Shown here: positions 14,690-29,090 of the stretch, piece after piece
Numbering within the stretch: position 1 is the first letter of the stretch
Layout of the letters: each line of letters opens with the position of its first letter
NCBI RefSeq assembly: GCF_964355755.1
Contig: NC_092674.1
Span: 21,204,001-21,268,000, forward strand
Length of the DNA: 64,000 bases
Direction of reading: 5' to 3'
DNA from: Antedon mediterranea
Lineage: Eukaryota > Animalia > Echinodermata
Notes under the pieces: model-generated
What the model saw: only the letters and a program-made list of their open reading frames with translations
Told to the model about the DNA's origin: nothing
Databases searched by the model: none
Position numbers and translations under genes: made by a program

Positions 14690-15207
14690 TATGTTACGTA
14701 ATTTAATTCTCTTATTTTAGAAAATAACTAAATAAATTAGTACATGATTCTAGTATAAGTATTATAAAAAATGTTTCTATTTAATATACAGGGAGCGGAG
14801 GTTGCCTCATAGACTGAACGGTTTTCATACGAACTTATGTACTGTAATATTATTTTACGTAGATTACTTTTTAATATTATTTTATTTATTTAATAACATA
14901 TTTATACAGGATTATACACAATCAAGTAGAAATATACTTGTTTTGCATTGTGGTCCTGTCGACAAAAACGGATACAAATTTAAATACAATTTCAATTAAT
15001 ATTATAGTATAATTTGAGATGAACGTATGTAATAAAGAATATAACTATATGATTATATTTTATACTCCTATCTGAATGTGCTTTTTATTGTGTAATAGAA
15101 CGACCGAAGCGTTTACCTATAGAATAAGAGTCTCTTCGAAATTTAATTTAATAAATGGCATTTCCCTCCAATAGTTTTTTTCTCTCATTTTTTTGTGTAC
15201 TCGCCAC

Positions 15208-15680
15208 TGTAATAAATTACCATTCCCTAACCATGAACATTCTAGAATAAGATGTTTACATTTAAGACACCATGTATAATTAATATAATAACAATCAGGA
15301 ACATTCTAGTATGCTATTAATAGAAACTGTAATCCAATAGAATAAGAAGTATAAAGAATGATCTAGAAGGATAGGAACATCTTGATATAAAGGGATGTAA
15401 AACTATTGTCAGGTTGTTGGATATTAGAGGTTGGATATTAGATTGTAAAAGTTATTGTGAAGCTGTTGTTTAAAGTGCTTACTGGGTTGTTGAAAGTTGA
15501 AGTTGATTGAAATTAAAGCTTTGTTTTTAAGTTATTTGACAACTTTGTGGATTTGGTGTGTATACTTTTATGTCACAAGGGAGTTCCTAAAGTATTTTCA
15601 ACGGCTCGGAAACATACGTAAAAGGAGTTCGTGACATCCACTTAAGACACAAAGTTTAAATTATAGGCCTACACCTGACA
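15208..15680 (+). mobile_element. Possible solo LTR directly upstream of the transposase gene
   Basis: TGTAAT...CTGACA ends, internal TATAAA and an ATTAAA signal with LTR-like texture. No convincing TSD (CCAC vs AAAC). Confidence 0.3.
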
Positions 15681-15699
15681 AAACTGTTTGCTCTTCTCT

Positions 15700-15815
15700 T
15701 CTAATCGGCAATTGGTTAAAACAAATGTAGCAAGAAGCTGATTGGCTCAATGTTTGTTCAAAACCTCCTACATTTCAAAAATCGTTCACTTTGCTTACAA
15801 AGTTCCAATCACGGT
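15700..15815 (+). promoter_or_regulatory. Candidate transposase promoter with CCAAT boxes
   Basis: ATTGG at ~15711 and ~15741 and CCAATC at ~15805, 50-150 bp upstream of the ATG at 15863. Confidence 0.3.
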
Positions 15816-15862
15816 GTTGTTCGTTACAACCTGCCTTCTTTCTATTTTTACTTACTATCATT

Positions 15863-16110
15863 ATGGCCGATCATGAGTTTGATGCCTTGAGAAACTATCT
15901 ACAAAACAACGTTTATCCTGTAAATTATTCTGAAATATTAAAACGAAGTTTGCGACGGAAAGCCAAGAACTTTACAATTCTTCGTGATATCTTGTATTAC
16001 AAACAACATTCTGGTAGATTGTTGCGTGTATTGTTACCGAAAGAAAAAAACGAAGTGTTAAATAGTATCCATAAGCAGGCACATGGTGGTCACTTGGGTG
16101 TCAACAAAAC
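15863..16110 (+). CDS. Ginger transposase/integrase exon 1 (N-terminal YP..YY region plus the His part of the H2C2 zinc finger)
   Basis: MADHEFDALRNYLQNNVYP..LYYK..IHKQAHGGHLGVNK(T). Donor AC|GTAAGT, phase 2. Confidence 0.85.
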
Positions 16111-19100
16111 GTAAGTTTAAAGTTTGTTAATTAAATAATATTTAAGCTTCGATAACTTTCTGGGTGACTTTAAAACTGTTTATGTTTGGCCAGGTGGAAT
16201 GCCATCCTGAGATGAGTATTAGTAATTATTACAGCATTGTTTTTAAATGATTGTATACGTAATTTTACTTTCTGTGAACCACAGAATTCGAAATAAACGA
16301 TTAAATGAATGAATTAAATGAATAATAACTAATACTTATCAATTGAAAAATGTATAATGACCGTGTACATTATGAAGTTAGTATTTTATATATAGATTCA
16401 AACATATTTTTATACCTCCAAGAATGAAAAATATGTTAAGTCGATAATAATTTCTACTCAATATATTATCGCAATTAATTGTATAAATATATTGAAGTTG
16501 AACATAAAATATCACATGTAAAAAATACAAAACATATGTTGACATTCAATAATTAATCAAAAATGTTCCGAATATGAGCACTGTTTCAATAATTTGACAG
16601 ACTATTATTATATAATTTACACAGTGCTACACAACGCATATATCTTTAGTTCAAAATTAAGATATCTCTTTTAATAGAGATACATTATTTCAATTTAAAA
16701 CTAAGATGTCTTCCTTTTTAAAAGAAATATCTATGTTAATAGATATTTTTGTGTAGGCTTATTACAACTCGAAAAACCAAGAAGAATACAGTACAACTAG
16801 CTCTATCTATAATATTTTTAAAAAGTAATGTTGCAGTTTTATAACAGTTCATATACGGTACTCTACACGTGCCCACTGCATAACTAACACAGAAAAAAAT
16901 CCACTTGTGATATTCCGAATGGGACAAGTTAATCTTCCATTCTAAATATCTTGGTTACTAAATCTTAGATAGCTCAAGTAATATAGAGATTTCCCTCATG
17001 AGAGATATCTTATTTTTAAATAGTGATACAAATACTTCCCGAATGAAAACTTATTCAGGTCTTGGTATAATAAATATGTTCAATATTAGTTGCTCATTCA
17101 TAATGCAAAAAGCCATATCAGTAAATAATGTATTAACTTTCGTTCGTTTAAAATGTATACTTATGAAAGAAAATACAATTTGACAAAAAAAAAAGGTTAG
17201 GAATAAGACTTTTATTATGTAACTTTTAAGTGGATTATTAATTTTTAATTGTTTTTTTAGGGAATACATCTTTATAAGAAAACGCATTTTCAATAACAAA
17301 ACTAGTTTCCAGTCCCCCGCTAATGTAGTAAAACCACCTGCAGCTTATGTAATGAAAAAATTTAACACCATGTAGAACGATCAACAACGAATGTAGGAAC
17401 GAAAATTGCATCCCAGCTAATGTAGGTACTATCGCCAGCTAATGTAGAAAATATATATTTTACAAACCTAAATGTCTAAATCATGTGCAAATGCATCTGT
17501 TTACTTAGCTATCCATCTATCCACGTCTCGTAACCTACCAACTTTCTAAAACGACCACACATCGTAAGCAACCACCTCTTTTAAGGGACCGCTTCTCATA
17601 ATCGACTTCCTCTCTCGTAACGACAACTTTTTTGGGTGACCACCTCTATTAAAGGCCATCGTCTCTGTTAAGGGATCGCTTCCCATAATCGACCAACTCT
17701 TGTAAGTGATCACATCCTCTCATTATGGACCGCTTCTCATAATCAACCACCTCTCGTAGTAAGTGACCACCTCTCTTAACAACCACAACTCTCGTAAGCG
17801 ACCGCTTTTTATTTTCGACCGCCTCTCGTAAGTGATGATTACATTGATGACGATAAATTTAAATTTGCTTTATTCAGTCTTAAAAATATCCTTGAATATA
17901 ATAGAATGTTAAATCTGAAATTTAATCCATTTGTCTTTAACGATGTGATAAATAACTCTAATAATTTAATTGATTATGACATACCACATTCATGTTCTTA
18001 TACCTTTGATCATAACATCTCAGCTACATGTGAAAAAGACTTTTCCATCTTACATATAAATCCACGAAGTTTCAATAAAAACGTTGATCTGATTAGCACT
18101 TTCCTCACTAGTTTAAGGCATACCTTTTCGATTCTAGCTTTATCAGAAACCTGGTTTAAAGAAGATGGTTCCAATTTAATCCACATATATAACTATAACT
18201 CGGTTAATACACCACGCTGTGGAAGAAGAGGTGGTGGTGTTGCTATCTATGTTCATAATACAATCTCATTTCGAATCCGGAATGATTTAAAATTAATTGA
18301 CAAACCGTCTGAGCACTTTGATCATTCTGAATCTATCTTTATCGAAATAACAGTTCCCGGTAGGAAAAACATTTCTGTTGGCAATATCTATCGTGCTCAT
18401 CGTACCAATATTGAAACATTTTTTTATGATCTTACAAACTGTCTCACAAAAATTAATACTGAAGAAAAACAATGTTATATATCCGGTGATTTTAATCTTG
18501 ACCTTCTAAATTCTAATGACAATCACATTATTAATGAGTTCCTCTCTATTTTTTATAACCATAATATGTTTCCTCTTATCGATAGACCCACCAGAATTAC
18601 CCCTTCAACAGCTTCCTTAATTGATAACATTTTCACTAAAGTTTTTACTCAATATATAAAATCGGGTGTTGTTATTGCCGATGTTTCTGATCATTATCCT
18701 GTTTACCAAATCACTAAATCAACTCCAATTAGCAACGCAAATACTTCGAATAAAATTTCCACTCGTTTATTTAACCAAACTAGAATTCAACACTTTTATG
18801 AAAATTTAAGCTTGGTTGATTGGAGTTGTATTACTGATCTTGATTCTTCTGACCATGCATATAATGCTTTCATCCATAAATTTACAGAGGTCTACAATGT
18901 ACATTTTCCCATCTCTAAACATTCCAACAACAATTCCCGGCGTCGTTGTATTCCTCAAAAGCCTTGGATTACTTCGGCGATCCAAAAATCAATAACTCGA
19001 AAAGATAAATTAAACAAAAAGTATGCAAGTAACCCTACTGAATCCAACAAAACGTCTTATGTTAATTATCGTAATAAACTTACTTCTTTAATCAGGATTT

Positions 19101-19174
19101 TTAAACAGCAGTATTATGCTGAAAAGCTTGAGGAAACAAAATTTAATTCAAAACAGACTTCTCAATAACATTAT

Positions 19175-19509
19175 ATAATAATAATAATACCACATTTATA
19201 TAGCGCCCTTTTCATGAGTAATCATGCTCAAAGGCGCTTTACAAGCATTATTACCCCAGTATTTTTTGGGATCAAACACGTATGGAAACATACTCCCATA
19301 ATGCAGCCGGTAACCAGCGCAAAGTTGTGTCTAGATCTAACTGGGTACCCATTTATACACCTGGGTGGAGAGAGGCAACGTAAGTAAAGTATCTTGCCTA
19401 CGGATACAAGCAATGCGGCGAGAGTTGGATTCGAACCTAGGTCTGACGATCGGTAGTCCAACGTCCAACACACTGCGCCACACGCCCCTAACACACTGCG
19501 CCACACGCT
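19175..19509 (-). mobile_element. tRNA-derived SINE
   Basis: A-box (TGGCGCAGTGTG, duplicated) and B-box GGTTCGAATCC, (ATT)n tail, 7 bp TSD ACATTAT (19168-19174 / 19510-19516). Confidence 0.88.
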
Positions 19510-19920
19510 ACATTATGGGTAGACAAAACAATAAACACATATCATCATTTTTTTAAATAAATGATATACATATATCTGATTCTCAAATCATTGCTGATAA
19601 CTTTAATAAATACTTTGTCAACATTGGTCCTGAATACCTGCGTAAAATTCCTCAATCTGATATTACTTTTAATTATTTTATAAATAACATAAAATCACCC
19701 GTTAGCTCTCTGTTTGTTTTACCAACTGATAAAGATGAAGTACTCACAATATTCAGAAATCTAAAATCTGGTGCTAGCAGCGGTTTCGATGACATTAAAC
19801 CAGATATTATTAAATATGTTGGGGAATTAATAGCATCTCCACTTGTTCATATTTTTAATTTATCACTATCTACCGGTATTGTCCCGGAGAAGCTGAAAAT
19901 TGCCAAGATAATTCCCGTCT

Positions 19921-20248
19921 TGAGTGAGTGAGTGGCCGAGCGGTTAAGACAGTGGAACCGTAATTACGTAGCCATAACATCGGCATGGGTTCGAGGCTCA
20001 CTCACTCCATGGTTCTGGTGGTAGAACGAGTCTTCTCGGATAAGGACTATAAACCGTAGGTCCAGTGTACACATCTAGCTCGTGTGCACTTTAAAGAACC
20101 TAGTACATCTTTCGAGACGAGTAGGGGGTTACCCCGGTGTATTAGTACATCACAGCCACTGATCACCAACTGGGCCCTCTGGGAGACCAGTCTTTGACTG
20201 AAGAGGTTACCCAGTATAAATATATATTTCAATCAATTTCAATCAATC
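19921..20248 (+). mobile_element. tRNA-derived SINE (second family)
   Basis: Head GTGGCCGAGCGGTTAAG..GGGTTCGAGGC, (CAAT)n tail. Interrupts the LINE RT between IIPV and YRPIS. Confidence 0.8.
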
Positions 20249-22587
20249 ATGGTGAGACTGATAAATTTAGCAATTATAGGCCCATCTCGGTAATGCCCGT
20301 TTTCTCCAAAGTTTTAGAACGCATAATTCATAAAAGACTCTATAATTAATTTTCTCGATTTAATTTATTGCAAGAAAACCAATTTGGTTTCCGCCCAAAC
20401 ATGTCTACTGAAATGGCTGTTCTACAAGCATATGATAAAATAATCTCTGAATTAGATAAGAAAAAGCATGTTCTTGGGATATTTCTGGACCTTTCAAAGG
20501 CCTTTGACACCGTTAATCACGACATTCTCCTGTCTAAACTACAGCATTATGGTATACGTGATGCTGCCTTTGATTGGTTCAGAAGTTACCTGGCGGATAG
20601 AAAGCAATATATATCTTTTAATTATCATAGTTCTTCTTCTTTAAACGTTTGTTGTGGTGTTCCACGGGGCTGAATTTTAGGCCCGCTACTCTTTATTATT
20701 TACATTAACGATTTAGCAAACATCTGTAAACACTCCAATCTTATTTTATATGCTGATGACACTAACCTTTTAATTTCAGATAATGTTTTAAACCGTCTAG
20801 TTGATAATGTTAATTCCGATCTCTCGACTATCTCGAGTTGGTTTAAAGCAAATAAGTTATCGCTTAATGCTAATAAAACCAATTATATGATTTTTAAGAA
20901 CAGATATAGTAACCGTGTTTAGAATGACCTTAACGTTTTCATTGATAATAATAACATCTCTCGTGTAACTAGTTGTACATTTCTTGGTGTAATAATGGAC
21001 GAATGCTTAACCTGGAATCAACATACAATCCATATTGCAAACTTAGTTTCAAAATATTCTGGTATTCTTTTTAGGCTAAAACCAATTTTACATGTCAATG
21101 TTCTATCATCCTTATACAAGACTCTAGTCCTTCCTCATATTCAATACTGTAGCTTGATTTTGGTTGACGACAATAACTGTCGCCTTGAAACTGTTTATCG
21201 CAAACAAAAGCGCATAATGCGTTTATGCACAAATTCTCAATTCCTTGAGCATTCACCACCATTATTTGCTAGTCTTAACAACTTAACTGTGTATGATATT
21301 CATAAGTTATCAAAAGGTGTTTTCATGTACAAATTTAAGAATAATTTATTACCAGCTAACTTTTCTAATTATTTTGTTAGAGTAAACTCAGTTCATAATT
21401 ATGGCATCAGGTCCTTTGATACTTATCGTCCTTATCATTTTGTTACCGATATGGGTAGAAACACTATCAGAGGACATGGTCCAATTTTATGGAACAGTAT
21501 TGATGCTTCTATTCGTAATTCATCATCTGTCAAAGTATTTAAAAAGTTGTATAAAAATAATTTGCTCTTAACTTATCAATGAGTGTTACAAATATGTTTA
21601 CATTTACATTGTTCTTTTGCTTTTTTGGTTTTATCGCACTATCTTTGAATTCATATGCCAACATGTTTAGCTAGTATTGTCTCGTCCTGTGCTTCAATTA
21701 TGTTTGTATCATGTATTAATTATTTTGTTAAGGTGGCCAAATACTTTTTTGCTCTTTTTTGGTCATCCTTCCATTTTTGCATATATTCATTACACTTTTT
21801 TATATTGGAAAATAAAAACTGAAACTGAAACTGAACTGAAACTGATGATCTCTTTTAGAAGACCACCATATCTCTAAATGGACCGCTTCTCATAATATAC
21901 CAACTCTTGTATAAATCACCTCTCTTAAGTGGCCACTTCTAATGAACGACCTCTCTGTTAGGAGACCGCTTCTCATAATCGATCGTAAGCGACCACCTCC
22001 CTTATCGACCACAACTTTCGTAAGTGACCCCTTTTTTAAAGGACCACCACCTCTCGCAAGGACCGCTTTTCATAATCAACTACTTACTTATTCTTTACTT
22101 AAATTTTAATATTGTAATACATTTTTTACTTGTAATGTTTTTTATGTCGTTTGTATTGCTTATTCACCATCTATTGTTGAAAAAATAAATAAATAAACTA
22201 CTTCCCGTAAGCGACCGAGGTGGTCGAATATAAGAATGTGGTCCCTTAAAAGAGAGAAAGAGGGGTTGTGGTTCCATAAAAGAGGTGCACTTACGAGAGG
22301 AGGTCGATTATGAGAAGCGTTCCTTTATGAAAGTGAGTGCTCCCTTACGGGGGTGCTCGATTGTAAGAAGCGGTCTCCTAACAGAAATGGTGGTCGTCCA
22401 ATAGAGGTGGTCTCCTAAAAGAGGTGTTTGCTAATGAGGGTGGTTGCTTACGATGTATGGTCAATTCTGGGAGGTAATCGCTTACAAGTTAATTACCGCG
22501 TTTTTAAAGTCGGTCGCTTACGAGAGGTGGATAGTTACTGACAGATTAGTAGAGAGATAGCTGGCAATAGTAACTACATTATAGCTA

Positions 22588-25500
22588 CTAGATGGTCATC
22601 TAGGTCGTGCCCACAGATGGTTCTCGAATACATATAATAGTGATTTCAGCGTTAAACAAGGCCAACAGCTCATTAAGTCGCGTGCTACAATGCATAGTGA
22701 TACCGGACCGACAGACATACAGACCGACCGACATAGTGAACTATAGACTCGCGTCCACGCGACTAAAAAGGCATGATTTTGACGAATTTTTAAACTTTTT
22801 CATCAAAAACGTGCGCAAATTATCCAATTCGGCGTGCTCGTATGACGTAATTTTAAGTCGAAATTGTTTAAAAGTTGATAAAATTATTAGAAAAGGCTGC
22901 AAAAACATAAATCACGCGAAAAAGTATGTATTTAACGCTACGTGCGCACCGCGCGCGTATGGGAATTTTTGACATGCTCAAAATGACAAGAAACGCGTAG
23001 AAAGTTGATTAAAAATTAATTTTGCACATTTTAAAATTTTAAATGTCCGTGCGCGCGTAACTTTGTGTAAAACACATTTTTTGTCAACAGAAAGTTAGCG
23101 CCTGATATAAATTAAACTTTTGCAAAGTTTCAATTTAAAATGTTATTTGGTTTTTGACCTATGTTAAATACGAGAAAATCGTTAAATCGCTCGTAAATCA
23201 CGTTGCGCAACTCTAACGTCATTCACAATAAAAGGTGCACAATTTCACGTAAATGCCCACATGTTGACATCAAAACAGTTCAAAAAGTACAGAAAAGTGA
23301 TAAAGCGCATAGTGATACCGGACCGACAGACAGACCGACAGACCGACAGACAGACCGACCGACCGACATAGTGAACTATAGAGTCGCGTCCACGCGACTA
23401 AAAACTGGCGACTTCAAATGTACATGCAGGACTCGACAATAATACATGTCGTTTACAGGAACGAATAAATAGACACGGTGATTTATGTACTCAACTAAAA
23501 TTAGAACCCTGGGAATTACTTCCGAAAGAGAAACTTGTCACAAAATAAGACCAATTGTTTTGTAACAAACTGAATTTGTATTTTGTATGTAACATTATGG
23601 TTGATGGATGGGGAAGAGGATGGGTGCAAAGACGAACAATTTTTAAATGTATTCTTTATCCATTTAGTAACGAAATACTAATTGTTTTCATGTTTTACAA
23701 ATAATATACACTAAACACAGTAAAACATTGCAATTTAATACTTTGTTGAAACTGTCACCGTCATAGTCGATTGAAATAGTACAGTACATGTAACGATACA
23801 TCACTAATACGACGTTTATATTTTTTTGTAATTACATTATTAATTAATACAAACGTTCATAAGGAACTGTCAGTAATAAAGTAAACGCCTCAATTCGGGG
23901 AAAATCGTAAATTCGCTTTAATCGTCAATAGATAATTATCTAACTCAACTTAATTAGTAGGCCTAATGGTTTTCAATTGTTTCTGAGAGCCAATTTAAAG
24001 TTGTTCTGCGTTTAGGGCATGTGATCCTTCGTACTGTAAGTCTGTCCTCTACTGGCTTTACAACGCTACTCATGCCAGTGAGGGGGAGGGTGGTGGTGTG
24101 GATGGTGGTTTAACTGCAATAATAAAGTTGATTGTACATAATAGACGACGACTGGAAAGGCTAGCTCATAATCCGTTAAAAAAATACCTCTGCAGCACTG
24201 ATTGAAAAAAAATGTATTGAATTTCTGTTATGACTGTACTTGTCTTTACGACGCCTGAGGGAATAGAAACTTGTGGAACAGAGATTGGAACATGTTTCAT
24301 TTATCGCATATCAACACATTTGTATAAACGTATATTAAATCTATCAAAATAGTATTTTTTAAAGAAAATCAGGCTGTCTTCAACATTATGATGCTGTACT
24401 CGAGCTGTTCAACCGGTTTTCAGCTATTAAAAACAATTATCGTAGGAGGAGATAGGAAAATGCGAAACATCCTCGTATTATTGTGTGCGGGTATTTTTTA
24501 AGATTGACATCCATTAGACAGTGTATACCACAACCACGAAACACCCCTCTTTGGGGCAAATCGTTGAACCTAAATTCGTTTTAATTGTCAATAACTAATT
24601 ATTTAACTCAATTTAATTAGTAAACAGGGTTACATCAGATGGTTAAAATGTGTACCAAAAGTCCGAACCAACTTTATATACTATTGAGTAAAAATTATAG
24701 AAATAACGCGCAATTTACCGAATTTTGCCCTTACGTAAATTTATATATAGACTAGATGGCACGCTCGCTTCGCTCGCGTACCATCTAGGTCGTGCCCACA
24801 GATGGTTCTCGAATACACAGTATTTCCAGCGAGAAAAAAATGGAGATTTCAAATGTACGTACTGCAGGACTATAATACATTGTCGTTTACAGAAACGAAT
24901 AAATAGACACGATGATTTATGTAGTCAACCAAAATTAGCACCCTAGGAATTACTTCCGAGAGAGAAACAAAATGAGTCAATTTTTTTTATTTGGACTCAT
25001 TTAAACAAACCCAATTTGTGTTTTGTATGTAACATTAAGGGTTGAGGGATGGAGGAAGAAGATAGGTACAAAGAGGAAACATTTTAAAATATATTCTTAT
25101 CCACTCAGTAACGAAATATTGTTTTTAATGTTTTATAGGCCTATAAATAATATACCACTAAATACAGTAAAACATTTACGATTTAATACGGTACTTTGTT
25201 AAAACTCTCACTGTCATAGTCGATTGAAATAGTAAAGTACATGTAACGATACACCACTACGACGTTTATATATTTTTAAATTATTAATTAATACAAACGT
25301 TGAGAAGCAACTGTCAGTAATAACGTTTATTTATTTGTATATTATATGTTTATAATCTAACAGTAGGGCCTACCCACACTCACAGTAATAACGTTTATTT
25401 GTATATATTTTTATATTACATCTAACAGTACCAACACTCACAGTAAGAAATTTGCGATTCAAATTGCGATCAAAAGTGGTTAATACCTTAACAGTATTGT

Positions 25501-26315
25501 ACAGCATTGCAATACTATTTATGTTTATTCTCCAAGGGGGCCCATAAATCTAAATCTAAATCTATACCTCTATGGTTAAACCAAATAATTTGGAATGTTT
25601 ATTTGTATATTATATGTTTATAATCTAACAGTAGGGCCTACCCATACTCACAGTAATAAAGTTTATTTGTATATATTTTTATATTACATCTAACAGTACC
25701 AACACTCACAGTAAGAAATTTGCGATTCAAATTGCGATCAAAAGTGGTTAATACCTTAACAGTATTGTACAGCATTGCAATACTATTTATGTTTATTCTC
25801 CAAGGGGGCCCATAAATCTAAATCTATACCTGTATGGTTAAACCAAATAATTTGGAATGTTCCATTCATCAAAAATCAATACATTTGTAAAAACGTATAT
25901 TAAATGTATCAAAATAGTATTTTTTAAAGAAAATCGGCCTGTCTTCAACATTATGATGCTGTACTCGAACTGTTCAACCGGTTTTCAGCTATTAAAAACA
26001 ATTATCGTAGGAGGAGATAGGAAAATGCGAAGCCTCCTCGCATTTTTGTGGCGGGTATTTTTCAAGATGGACATCCATTAGACAGTGTATACCACGATCG
26101 GAAAACACCCCTATTTGGGGCAAATCGTTGAACCTAAATTCGTTTTAATCGTCAATAACTAATTATCTAACTTAATTTAATTAGTAAACAGGGTTACATC
26201 AGGTGGTTAAAATCAGTACCGAAAGTACGAACCAACTTTATATACCATCGAGTAAAAATTCTAGAAGTAAGGCGCGATTTACCGAATTTTGCCCTTACGT
26301 AAATTTATATATAGA
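22588..26315 (-). mobile_element. Head-to-tail dimer of a non-autonomous Helitron (units 22588-24751 and 24752-26315)
   Basis: Minus-strand junction ..GCCATCTAG|TCTATATATA with no spacer. Outer ends sit in an A|T site. Hairpin GCTCGCTTCGCTCGC region lies next to CTAG. Confidence 0.82.
22655..23403 (-). mobile_element. Helentron-associated (DINE/HINE-like) non-autonomous element nested in the Helitron
   Basis: Hairpin AGTCGCGTCCACGCGACT at the end, (GACA/GACC)n microsatellite, subterminal repeat AGTCGCGTG near the other end, T-rich boundaries. The terminal module is duplicated. Confidence 0.6.
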
Positions 26316-28265
26316 TGAGGCAATTTTCGTTACGACGTTAGCTGTTGACCGTTCTACATTAGCTAATGTTAATTTGTATTTACTACACAAGCTGTTAGTA
26401 TTTGAATGCCAATCTGCTTAATTTTTGTATTTAATTGTAAAAAATTTTTGAGAATAGAATTTAAATTTATTTTATTAAATACTGTATTAATTTAATTGAT
26501 TAAAAAATTTAAATAAATTTTATCTTAAAACGTATTAGAATTATTATTATCATCATCATTATTTAGTATTATAATGTATTCATTCAAATTTATTCAGCAA
26601 TATATTTACATTGTTACATACACCATTGCATTATTTTCCTACAAGTTAAAAAGAAAAAAAAAACATTAGGCCTATATAATAAAACAAATAACACATATTA
26701 TTGTTATTACTAAACAGTCCCTCGTTTCTCTCGCGTACCCTAGGCTCTAGAAATTATTGTCAACGGGTTATTAGGGTGGTTCTCAAATATTATAGCCTCG
26801 ACGTACATAACTGGCAATAGTAAAAGTGAACGCAAGGCACTCCACACCTACACACAATATAGGCCTAAATGGACTGCATGAAACAAATGCAGAGTCTCTT
26901 AATTGACAAAAAACACAACATACATCGGAAAAATAAATATAACATAATTGCATTACAGTAACTAATCCACTTACCTACCAAAGTAAAGTTGGGTACAGAA
27001 AGAAATGGTACCAAAAGTCCATTTCAAAATACTATTTATTTATTTATATTAAAAAAAACAAATCTAATTTCTGTTAGTGTACTGGTTTTTGTTTGGAACT
27101 GATTTATTACGCCTGAGGGAATTGACACTTGGAAGAGAAATTCTTTCATTATACCCTATGCACGGTTGTACAAACGTATTTTAAATTCTTTATTAATAAA
27201 GTACATCAAAACAAATTTGATTATATTACTATCAAGAAAGGTAAGAGCCAAAACAAATAAATAAACAACAGTAGTTGTCAATTAAGTATGTCTCCTAAAT
27301 AAGGCGAAGTTAACATAATTGATAACAGCCAAAATAATATCAAAGTCATGGGGAAAGTGTCATTAAAATAATTGTTATTAAAATCAAAATGATTAGCTCA
27401 GTTTCTTACATTGCTACACAAATCATAACGTAAATCTGATTAAAATAAGCATTTTTATTTTTTTTTTAAATAAAGTTGGTTTGTCTTTAACATTATGATG
27501 CTGTACTCGAGCTTTTTAATGGGTTGTCAGCTATTAAAAACAATTATTGAAATTTTAAGAATATGTTACTAGATCATTCATATTTAACATATCTTTAAAG
27601 AAGAAAATATTGTTCTCTTAATAGTGGTTAAATCTACCATTTTGGTTTTTTAAAAAAATGGGGATTTTTATATCTACTCTTTCGCACATTCACCAAGCGT
27701 ACACAATAATTCTAGTAGGACAATTAATTATTTATACTTTTCAAGTGAGTTTGTTATTGCCTGAGTGAATTATTGAGGGCGTAGTTATTTTGTATGGGAG
27801 GCTGCCCTCAATTTTAAGTTTATATGTGGGTATTTAGAATGTAAACACGGTACAATCAGGGAGATGTAAATCTCCCTGGTACAATGTGACAACGGAATCA
27901 TCACGGACTGATGGACATTTTTCATAGAAGGTATCTTTTCCCTTTTCAATATTCATTTATCATTGTCAAATAAAAAAAACTAGAAACATAGATAAATATT
28001 AAAAGTTAATTAATCACTTGTGCCCAGTGCTTGCCTTAAACGAAAAGTTAAAATATATGGAACGCCAAACTGTAATGTTAGTATAATGCATTGATGAGAA
28101 TGGTGATGTGAACTGCGGTAATAAATAATAAATAATATTTAAAATCAAAACAAAATTAAATTATTTAAAGAATCCATAATACAGTTTTAAGGTCAATAGT
28201 AAATCTACAAAGAGATTGAATATCATCAATACAATAAACACATTTGTTTTGGTTTTTTTTAACAG

Positions 28266-28459
28266 TTGGAAAAAGATACGCGAAAGGTATTATTGGAAGG
28301 GGTCATTTGATGATGTTCGTAATTTTATAGCCGCCTGTGATCAGTGCCAACGGAAAGAAGTTTTAAAAAAAGTGCCACTTCAACCTATACCCGTAACAGA
28401 TACTGCTTTCAGACAGATCGGTATGGATATTGTTGGGCCTTTGATAAAGACAGAAAATG
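28266..28459 (+). CDS. Ginger transposase exon 2 (Cys pair of H2C2 plus first catalytic Asp)
   Basis: Acceptor TTTTTTTAACAG|. WKKIRERYYW..CDQCQ..IGMDIVGPL..EN. Donor G|GTAAGG. Phases 2 and 1 join exons 1 and 3 in frame. Confidence 0.88.
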
Positions 28460-29090
28460 GTAAGGTATCTCATAACAATTTACTGAAAAAACAACAATGC
28501 TGTGGCTGGATAAAAAAGTTAAATCAAAATGTAAAAGTAAAAAGCAAGAAGACATGAATGCAATACGTTCAGAAAACTCTGTAATTCATTCTTCAGGGCC
28601 TAAAATTACAGTTAATAATTAGTTCTGTTCGGCCTTTATTGTAATAGGGCTGAACTTAAATTTATTATTGTAAAGGCAGAAGCGCAATATTTGTGAGGTT
28701 TCTTGAAATTGTTAACTAAACTAAAATTATGTCAGTTCTATTTTTTACACTGTCAACAAAAACTAGATTTACCAAGAATCAGATGCTCTTATTATTGTGG
28801 CCGGATTTACATCGATTATGGCTATACAGTAATAATCTTTATTTCTGCCTGTTTTAATTTGATCCAAGCCATGACTGGGGTAATACTGTTTAGCGCATAG
28901 AGGTTTTACAACATTAGGCGCTATGTAAATCCACGATATTATTATTCTTCTTGTTCTTATTATTTTTATTGATATTAATATTGTTATTATTATTGTTATT
29001 TCATTCGTACAGTTTGGGTCTTGTACATCTCATCATGACATTTTGATACTATTATTACGGCTTATTATACTATTATTTGCTGTGTTTCAG

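Larger units (their letters stand above)
17835..21846 (+). mobile_element. Decayed CR1/L2-group non-LTR retrotransposon (ORF2: APE endonuclease + RT) in intron 1
   Basis: Endonuclease motifs LSETW, GDFN, IDNIF, SDHYP (17906-19168). RT motifs QFGFR, FLDLSKAFDTV, GVPxG, YADD (~20750). In-frame stops, two SINE insertions, and a 3' AATAAA plus (A)ACTGA repeat tail. Confidence 0.93.

Noticed and set aside
698-14999. Short 60-100 aa ORFs as genes
   Set aside because: They lie in repeats or AT-rich palindromes, often start at non-ATG codons, and have no recognisable domains. Duplicated ORFs reflect repeat copies.
17906-21582. Active LINE or RT partner of the integrase
   Set aside because: It has multiple stops and two SINE insertions. 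It is a non-LTR element nested in an intron, not part of the integrase reading frame.
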